DNA of 64,000 bases from a virus (Duplodnaviria; Caudoviricetes). The notes beneath the pieces were generated by a model, which was not told the origin of the DNA, ran no database searches, and saw nothing but the letters and a program-made list of their open reading frames with translations. The first letter of the stretch is position 1; the number at the start of each line of letters is the position of its first letter. The stretch spans positions 200,204-264,203 of IMG/VR virus record IMGVR_UViG_2030936005_000025; one strand, written 5' to 3'. Shown here piece by piece: positions 1 through 5,441 of this stretch. The translations under genes and the position numbers were made by a program.

Positions 1-1
1 G

Positions 2-79
2 AGTAATGACCGCCTGGAATTCCCGGAACCTCAAATTAAATTTGAGATCGAAAGAACATTGACGCTGGTTGCGAGTTGA
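2..79 (+). CDS. 3' end of a CDS entering from the left (…EFPEPQIKFEIERTLTLVAS*)
   Basis: Open frame from position 2 to TGA at 77-79, translated by hand; start lies outside the window. Confidence 0.4.
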   Translation, partial: SNDRLEFPEPQIKFEIERTLTLVAS

Positions 80-209
80 TAACGAAACCAAAGTCATGGC
101 TCCGGGAATTACTGATTTAAATATCGAAGGCGGTAATATTATTTAGAGTCTATCTTATTTATCTTTTGACTGAACTTTCTCAGTCACTAAAAATATAAAG
201 GTAAGTAAA

Positions 210-692
210 ATGGATTCTATTGGGATGTTACTGTTGGCATTAATTGCAGGTGTCGGTATTGGTTCTGCGATCACTATTTTGATTCAAAAGCGTCGCGACG
301 CTGGAACGGTTGGTACCAATCCAGAACTGCACGCGTATATCACTTCTGCCGAGGCTAAACTTCAGGCTCAAGTTGATGAGCTTAAAACAAAACTCCTACC
401 TGCCGATACACAAGAGAAACTCAAAGGTATTGGCGATGGGTTACTGTCAACGATCAAAGATAAACTGCTTGACGATCTCTCTGGTTTGAGACTCAATGGC
501 GAATCACATCTTCAGCAAATCGAAGATATCGTGAAACGCATTGAAGGTCTGACTGAAGCTGAACTCGTCAAACTGCATCTGGAAAAAGAAACACCGCCCG
601 CTGATCCAGTGTTGGCTGTCTCTCCTTCCGATCCACAGACAGTAGTCTCTTCTGAACCAGCGATTCCTGCTGATCAGAATAAAGTCGTTTAA
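210..692 (+). CDS. Hypothetical protein with N-terminal membrane anchor and coiled region
   Basis: 160-aa ORF; hydrophobic MLLLALIAGVGIGSAITILI followed by KRR; AAGG upstream of ATG. Confidence 0.8.
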   Translation: MDSIGMLLLALIAGVGIGSAITILIQKRRDAGTVGTNPELHAYITSAEAKLQAQVDELKTKLLPADTQEKLKGIGDGLLSTIKDKLLDDLSGLRLNGESHLQQIEDIVKRIEGLTEAELVKLHLEKETPPADPVLAVSPSDPQTVVSSEPAIPADQNKVV

Positions 693-698
693 GTATTT

Positions 699-774
699 GC
701 TTCCATAGTTCAGTCGGCAGAACGGTCGCCTGTTAAGCGATATGTCGCAGGTTCGAGTCCTGCTGGAAGCGCCA
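699..774 (+). tRNA. trnN: tRNA-Asn (GTT)
   Basis: 76 nt; acceptor GCTTCCA/TGGAAGC; anticodon arm GTCGC-CTGTTAA-GCGAT; T-loop TTCGAGT; discriminator G and encoded CCA. Confidence 0.97.
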
Positions 775-800
775 ATTTACATTCACATCTGCCAGTTACT

Positions 801-904
801 GCGGTCGTGTCTTCAGAGGCACCGTAAATGTATGATAGTGGATGATTAGTTTCTACCACTGGATATCTTTACAATAGTTAGGTTAAATCCCTAAGGCCGC
901 GCCA
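801..904 (+). ncRNA. tRNA-like RNA A (long irregular helix instead of an anticodon arm)
   Basis: Acceptor GCGGTC(801-806)/GGCCGC(895-900) then G-CCA; hairpin GTGTCT-TCAG-AGGCAC; long arm GTAAA…AGTGG/CCACT…TTTAC; T-arm TTAGG-TTAAATC-CCTAA. Confidence 0.7.
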
Positions 905-913
905 GATTTATAT

Positions 914-1047
914 GAGGGTCGTGTCGTGGGACACAAGTTCAGTTATGCTCTAGCGATCTAAGATCGTGAACCCGTTAGCGGTGAAGATAGACAACTCTAC
1001 TTCAACTGTACTGAATGATAAGCCGAGTTCGACTCTCGGGATCCTCT
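914..1047 (+). ncRNA. tRNA-like RNA B (multibranched domain instead of an anticodon arm)
   Basis: Acceptor GAGGGTC(914-920)/GATCCTC(1040-1046); hairpin GTGTC-GTGG-GACAC; helix GTTCAGT/ACTGAAT enclosing sub-hairpins; T-arm CCGAG-TTCGACT-CTCGG; no encoded CCA. Confidence 0.75.
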
Positions 1048-1120
1048 ATCAACTTCATAATGTCATGAAGATCCGTACCTACCGTTTTGGTTTTTGGTAC
1101 CCAATCCATGAGGAAGTAAT

Positions 1121-1444
1121 ATGTCAAATTTAGAAAAAGAGTTAGAATCAAGATATTTCGCTCGCATTCCAGATGTTGGTGAGAGAACTAACAATGATCC
1201 AGCTTATTTGATGTCAAGTAATGATGTCCTTAAACTGATCAAAGCTATGTACCAGGATGGTTGTGACGCATCTGGCGACAGTCTTGAACCTGAACGTTTT
1301 AAACACCCCATCATTCTGGATCGATCATCGGGTAAAGAAGTTATCACCAGTTATATGGTCCAGGGGATTATCAAAGAAGCCACCGTAAATCACGGATGGT
1401 CTGATGTTAAGCTTTATGGTAAACAGCTTCTGTTTATTAAGTAA
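1121..1444 (+). CDS. Hypothetical protein
   Basis: 107-aa ORF with GAGGAAG ribosome-binding site; followed by a terminator. Confidence 0.8.
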   Translation: MSNLEKELESRYFARIPDVGERTNNDPAYLMSSNDVLKLIKAMYQDGCDASGDSLEPERFKHPIILDRSSGKEVITSYMVQGIIKEATVNHGWSDVKLYGKQLLFIK

Positions 1445-1453
1445 AATTAAATG

Positions 1454-1492
1454 AAGAGAGAAGGGGTCGGTTGATCCTTTCTCTTTTTGTTT
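1454..1492 (+). terminator. Intrinsic terminator
   Basis: Hairpin AAGAGAGAAGGGGTC-GGTT-GATCCTTTCTCTT followed directly by a T-rich run. Confidence 0.8.
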
Positions 1493-1506
1493 GTCTGGAG
1501 ATATTT

Positions 1507-1617
1507 ATGAGTATCTTAAAGAAGCTCCATAATTGGTTTTATAAAGACATGGTTTATTCTGTTTCTGCCGATGCTTGGTTTTACCAAGAAGGCGCAACAG
1601 GTGAATGGGTGGATTAA
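1507..1617 (+). CDS. Small hypothetical protein, 36 aa (MSILKKLHNWFYKDMVYSVSADAWFYQEGATGEWVD); not in ORF track
   Basis: GGAG site at 1497-1500; TAA stop abuts the ATG of the next gene. Confidence 0.65.
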   Translation: MSILKKLHNWFYKDMVYSVSADAWFYQEGATGEWVD

Positions 1618-1857
1618 ATGAAAGATCAGATACCTGAAGGTTTTGTTCCAGATAACTTTAAGTTCATCAGTAACCAACCTCATTTAACAGTCAGTGGTTT
1701 TACTATGGTTAATCCCTTGGCCACCAAACTGTTAGTTGAAGTAGAGCGTCAATTAAAATCACCGCGCAATGCGATGCAAAAGAAAACAAGATCACCTTTA
1801 GATGTTCCTTCTTCTGGAATGTTCTATTGGTCACCTCTCAATTCAGTAGGAAAGTAA
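1618..1857 (+). CDS. Hypothetical protein
   Basis: 79-aa ORF packed between neighbours with TAA-ATG junctions. Confidence 0.65.
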   Translation: MKDQIPEGFVPDNFKFISNQPHLTVSGFTMVNPLATKLLVEVERQLKSPRNAMQKKTRSPLDVPSSGMFYWSPLNSVGK

Positions 1858-2112
1858 ATGAAAGTTGTGATTTACGGAAAACCTGCGTGCGTGTTCTGTA
1901 CTCGTGCGAAGGACTTAGTTAAGGCCAAAGGAATCGATCATGAGTATGTCGATATCATCGAAACCGGCATGGGTCGTGAAGGCCTGGAAGAAATTGTGGG
2001 AGGTCCTGTTACGACCGTTCCTCAAATCTTTGTCGATAATGTTCATATTGGTGGTTATACTGATCTGGTATCTCACCTTGTCAAGTCTGACGAATCCGAA
2101 GTAAAGGTGTAA
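1858..2112 (+). CDS. grx: Glutaredoxin (phage NrdC/Grx-like)
   Basis: YGKPACVFC active site; TVPQIFV…HIGGYTDL glutaredoxin signature. Confidence 0.95.
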   Translation: MKVVIYGKPACVFCTRAKDLVKAKGIDHEYVDIIETGMGREGLEEIVGGPVTTVPQIFVDNVHIGGYTDLVSHLVKSDESEVKV

Positions 2113-2114
2113 TT

Positions 2115-2252
2115 ATGGATTTTGATTTGGATGATCTGAACCTTGAAGGTTTGGATGAAGCTGAAGCTCGTAACAATGAGCGCCAGGAAGCGGCTGATAA
2201 AGCTGCGGCAGCGGTTGGCGATGAAGCTGACTGCGAAGGTTGTAAAATCTAA
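2115..2252 (+). CDS. 45-aa acidic peptide ending in CxxC (…DEADCEGCKI), resembling a ribonucleotide reductase alpha C-terminal tail; not in ORF track
   Basis: Translated by hand: MDFDLDDLNLEGLDEAEARNNERQEAADKAAAAVGDEADCEGCKI; starts 2 nt after the grx stop with AAGGTG upstream. Confidence 0.8.
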   Translation: MDFDLDDLNLEGLDEAEARNNERQEAADKAAAAVGDEADCEGCKI

Positions 2253-2278
2253 TTTTGATAAGGCGATAAGTTTTGACC

Positions 2279-2416
2279 ATGAAAAAGAAAAAGACTTCTT
2301 TGAAAGAAAAGATCCGTCGCCAGAATCAGAATGCTGAGAAGACCTTATACCTCGATGGCGCTGGTGATACTTTCACGATGACCAAAACCAAAGACGGCTA
2401 TAAGTTAAACGTGTAG
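2279..2416 (+). CDS. 45-aa basic peptide (MKKKKTSLKEKIRRQNQNAEK…); not in ORF track
   Basis: Open frame from ATG 2279 to TAG 2414-2416; AAGG upstream; stop lies inside a GCAA-loop hairpin. Confidence 0.6.
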   Translation: MKKKKTSLKEKIRRQNQNAEKTLYLDGAGDTFTMTKTKDGYKLNV

Positions 2417-2432
2417 GGTAGCAATACCCTAC
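2413..2432 (+). terminator. Hairpin with GCAA tetraloop (possible terminator or processing/stability element)
   Basis: GTAGGGTA-GCAA-TACCCTAC; weak T-tract downstream. Confidence 0.5.
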
Positions 2433-2478
2433 TCCTATATTTCATCTCCAACCACTACTATGACCGAGAGAGAAGAAT

Positions 2479-3087
2479 ATGAAACTTAAGTTGATTACTG
2501 TTGATAAACGTACCTACGCAATTAAGACTCGATATATCGAGCTGAATAGTGATGCCAGTGTGCATTACCGCTCCCCTATCACTGGAAAATTCCCAACAGG
2601 GGATGACGATACAATTACTGATGTGCTCAGGTCAGCTCCACCTACTGCCGTTGCTGTTGTGTATTCTTGTAACAGAGAACCAATCTATATTGAAAAGCAT
2701 GACGGTGCGTATGTTATCTCTGAAGCTAAGACCATTGAGATTGTCAATCAGCCAGTGGACTTCGATGATGTTGATTTCTGGGTTAACACCAAAGGCGAGG
2801 AAGAGTGGAAAAAGGTTGGACTAGGATATTACATTGAGTATTCTAGAGTACACCTGAATGACAGTTACCAGGTCGCTCAAAAGGATTTCAATTTAAATGA
2901 AAAAATGCAAGGGATAGTCCACCTGCCAAACGGTCAACTTGGTAAAGCAGTAAGATGGTATCTCAATGGATCGAGGACTTGGCTTAGAGTCACTGAGGGG
3001 ATGAGTGAGGATATTCTTTCTAAACTGACCGTGATCACTATCCTTGATGGAAAAAATCCTAATGACCCAGGGTATAAACTTCCATAA
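2479..3087 (+). CDS. Hypothetical protein
   Basis: 202-aa ORF with GAGAGAG purine-rich leader; no family recognised. Confidence 0.8.
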   Translation: MKLKLITVDKRTYAIKTRYIELNSDASVHYRSPITGKFPTGDDDTITDVLRSAPPTAVAVVYSCNREPIYIEKHDGAYVISEAKTIEIVNQPVDFDDVDFWVNTKGEEEWKKVGLGYYIEYSRVHLNDSYQVAQKDFNLNEKMQGIVHLPNGQLGKAVRWYLNGSRTWLRVTEGMSEDILSKLTVITILDGKNPNDPGYKLP

Positions 3088-3096
3088 GTATATTAT
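3082..3096 (+). promoter_or_regulatory. Phage early-type promoter upstream of the large ncRNA
   Basis: CCA-TAAG-TATATTAT matches the TCA-N4-[T/G]ATAT[T/C]AT motif found upstream of six leftward cassettes in this window. Confidence 0.65.
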
Positions 3097-3100
3097 GTAA

Positions 3101-3955
3101 TTCAATCGAGTGTAACTGATCGCTGTTCTGCGGAATAGTATGGTTTCATCACCCCGTTATATTCGACTGTAAGACCCTCGTTATCCAGGTGTGGGTACAT
3201 AACGAGGGCAGTGTCCGGTGGGTTGCACTACCGGACTAAATCCAAGAGTGAACGGCGGCTTAAGCCCGCTACTGTAAGTAGCTCTTGGTTGGGTGATATT
3301 ATGTACTTTCACTGCATAATGTCCTCTGGCGGTGGTTGGACTTTTGGCGTTCTTCGCCATTGTCTGACAGATCACCGCACCCCTTTGTACCAGTGGCTGA
3401 TATCCAAGTAGAGCTTTAATTATACCTGACGGATAGCGCTCACAGTGTTTCAACCATTGGTACATCCTCTTGAGGATCTTGAACGAAAACCGTAGGGTAA
3501 CCGCCGAGCACATTGCGTTGCATTCAAGGCGGCTTAAGCAGGGGACTAGGTAGTCTTCCTGGGTGATATCAAGATCCTCAAACCTACTACTCTCCGTGAT
3601 ATGGAGTAGACACCCCGTGGTGGGGGCATCGTAACCATCTGATGAGTCCGCGATGAGAAATAAAGAGACGAAACGGGTTCTGTCGTTCGGAGACTCCAAC
3701 TCCTGACAGATCCGTCATGAATCGCTCTGCCTTAACTGTGAGGAGCAGCCTCAATCTACGATTCTAGAGGAACAGCAGCGTTACTGAAAGATCCACGGCA
3801 AATGGATCGAAGCAGATAACAAACAGTCCGCTCCCTTTGCCAGGGGAGAAGTTGTTAAAACCAAGAGGTGTAGACAGCCTTTAGATCACCGTGGTAGTAA
3901 AATGGGGTTGCTCCCAGAGTAGCTATCAGAAAGTGGTCTTTAGAGTGGCTATACA
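3101..3955 (+). ncRNA. Large, highly structured non-coding RNA (about 850 nt), family unknown
   Basis: No credible ORF; more than 15 hand-paired helices including 3175-3184/3199-3208 (10 bp), 3213-3219/3230-3236, 3386-3396/3454-3464 (11 bp) and 3470-3482/3569-3581 (13 bp perfect); own promoter; downstream hairpin. Ends are approximate. Confidence 0.75.
3613..3677 (+). ncRNA. Hammerhead ribozyme fold (type III), GUG triplet variant
   Basis: CTGATGA (3639-3645) and GAAA (3670-3673) cores; stems I, II and III all pair; 5-bp loop I/loop II complementarity CATCG/CGATG. Confidence 0.65.
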
Positions 3956-4005
3956 AAAAAAAATAACAGATCGAGATCCTCTACTCTCCTAACGGAGAGT
4001 AGAGG
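3955..4005 (-). terminator. Hairpin terminator with displaced T9 tract
   Basis: 12-bp stem CCTCTACTCTCC-TAAC-GGAGAGTAGAGG (3978-4005); A9 at 3955-3963, 14 nt away. Confidence 0.7.
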
Positions 4006-4011
4006 TAATCT

Positions 4012-4437
4012 TTATGCTGTCAAATAAAGTTCAGCCCAGATTTTAAATAAACGTTTCATGTCATTTGCGATCAATCCTAATGCCCGTGTATTTTTCAAGT
4101 TACCGGCATACAACCAAAGTTCACACTCAGGTTCACCTACGATCACAATGTCATTGAAATACATGACCAGAGATTTGGATGAGGTAGCAATGAGATCTTT
4201 GCGATTAACTGCAAAGCAGAATTCATTGGATTCAAGAATCACATTGTAGAAATAAGTGAACAGAGCTGCATCAAAACTGTCTGGTTCTAATTCATAAGTC
4301 TCAGCTAACTTAATGCTCTCCTCTTCATTAATAGCTAATTTAGTCAGAGAGTCGTTACCGGTGATAGCAGACAGGTTGCGTTTGAAGATGGTTTCCATGA
4401 TAGCTTTCCTTAATAAGTTAAGAACATTATTGTTCAT
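4012..4437 (-). CDS. Hypothetical protein (early cassette; similar to 7975..8400)
   Basis: 141-aa ORF bracketed by the promoter motif and a terminator. Confidence 0.8.
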   Translation of the reverse strand: MNNNVLNLLRKAIMETIFKRNLSAITGNDSLTKLAINEEESIKLAETYELEPDSFDAALFTYFYNVILESNEFCFAVNRKDLIATSSKSLVMYFNDIVIVGEPECELWLYAGNLKNTRALGLIANDMKRLFKIWAELYLTA

Positions 4438-4446
4438 ATTACTTAA

Positions 4447-4461
4447 ATGATATAGGGCTGA
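4447..4461 (-). promoter_or_regulatory. Phage early-type promoter
   Basis: Minus strand reads TCA-GCCC-TATATCAT, 10 nt before the ORF start. Confidence 0.7.
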
Positions 4462-4586
4462 AATCGAATGCAGCTAACACCTGACCTGTTTGATCATATG
4501 AGCTCGTTCCATATATGTCCTAGGATGGATAGTATATGAAACATCTTATTAGTTATAATAAGACTATTTCGAAATAGAGGTAACAT

Positions 4587-5441
4587 ATGAGTTTAAGCAA
4601 CCCGGTCGATTTTGCTATCGACTATGTGATAAACGGTCCGACCGATATCACGGAATATTTGTTAAAGCTTGCATTCTATAATCCGAACAACGGGTACAAT
4701 GCAATCTGGGGTCCGATGAATGACTCGTTTAGTATCGAGCAAGGTATCCGTGAGAAAGTTGTGAATAAGATGGTCGCTCCTCTACTTAAAGTAGCTGGCG
4801 GTCAAACTGAGATCATTGATCTTTCTGGTGCTCAAATTGAGAACCTGGCGGGTGGTGTTATCTGGGTCAGTGTTCCTGACTTCTTAACCGGTGGCCGTCG
4901 TATTCTGGAAGTCATAGAAGTGTATCCAGGAAACATTAACCGAGCGATTGCTAATGGTTATAACTTTGGTAACTACGCTAACTGTGGTGCCAGTATGATG
5001 AACAACTCACTGAACCGTTTAATCAGTGGTCTGGATGACGGTAACGTCACCCGTTCATTCAACAGCTTCACCATGGTGGGTCCAAACTCCTTTATCATTC
5101 GTGATGCAGGTTCAGCCATGTTTAATATGATCGCCAAAGTAATCTTGTCTTATGACGAGAACTTTAGCGGTGTTCCTGTTAAGATGTTTGATAAGTTTGC
5201 TGAACTCGTTGAGTTAGGCACTAAAGCCTACATCTATAAAACGTGTCGCCGTGGTATGCAGGAAGCTGTATCACGTTTCGGTGTAACAGTCGATGACGTT
5301 CAGGATGATATTCAAGGTTATGCCGATGCTGCTCAGCAATTCAAAGACTTCTATAATGACCGAATGAAGAAGTATATGGCCTACGCTGATGCTAAAGGTA
5401 AGACTGACACTCTTAAAATGATTGTTCCAAGGAAACGATAA
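4587..5441 (+). CDS. Conserved jumbo-phage protein, probably virion structural
   Basis: 284-aa ORF, GAGG site, overlaps the next gene; function inferred from context only. Confidence 0.7.
   Translation: MSLSNPVDFAIDYVINGPTDITEYLLKLAFYNPNNGYNAIWGPMNDSFSIEQGIREKVVNKMVAPLLKVAGGQTEIIDLSGAQIENLAGGVIWVSVPDFLTGGRRILEVIEVYPGNINRAIANGYNFGNYANCGASMMNNSLNRLISGLDDGNVTRSFNSFTMVGPNSFIIRDAGSAMFNMIAKVILSYDENFSGVPVKMFDKFAELVELGTKAYIYKTCRRGMQEAVSRFGVTVDDVQDDIQGYADAAQQFKDFYNDRMKKYMAYADAKGKTDTLKMIVPRKR

Noticed and set aside
135-142. AATATTAT as an early promoter for the tRNA region (similar case at 56849)
   Set aside because: The first base and the upstream TCA element do not match the motif; AT-rich chance matches are likely.
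801-1047. Calling elements A and B ordinary or intron-containing tRNAs
   Set aside because: No 7-nt anticodon loop with U33 can be formed by eye, and the D-arm spacing is non-canonical.
2143-2337. 64-aa ORF from the track
   Set aside because: Alternative frame across two better ORFs (2115..2252 and 2279..2416); starts at an internal position with no ribosome-binding site.
3670-3695. Type I hammerhead fold using GTC at 3682-3684 as the cleavage triplet
   Set aside because: Stem III would have a 3-nt loop and stem I pairs only 2 bp; the type III fold pairs all three stems and the loops.
3181-3699. 172-aa minus-strand ORF and 66-aa plus-strand ORF (3211..3411) in the structured region
   Set aside because: No ribosome-binding site or promoter; atypical Cys/Arg-rich composition; the sequence is better explained by extensive RNA pairing.
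3784-3812. Second hammerhead-like segment CTGAAA-GATCCA…TGGATC-GAAG
   Set aside because: The core lacks CUGANGA spacing and GAAA; no stem I or III partners were found.
3101-3955. Assignment of the large RNA as RNase P, tmRNA or a group I/II intron
   Set aside because: Only a loose resemblance (ACAGTCCG…TGCCAGG near 3823-3844) to RNase P; no P4 3' motif, no tmRNA tRNA-like ends or tag frame, no P7 or domain V motifs, and it does not interrupt a gene.
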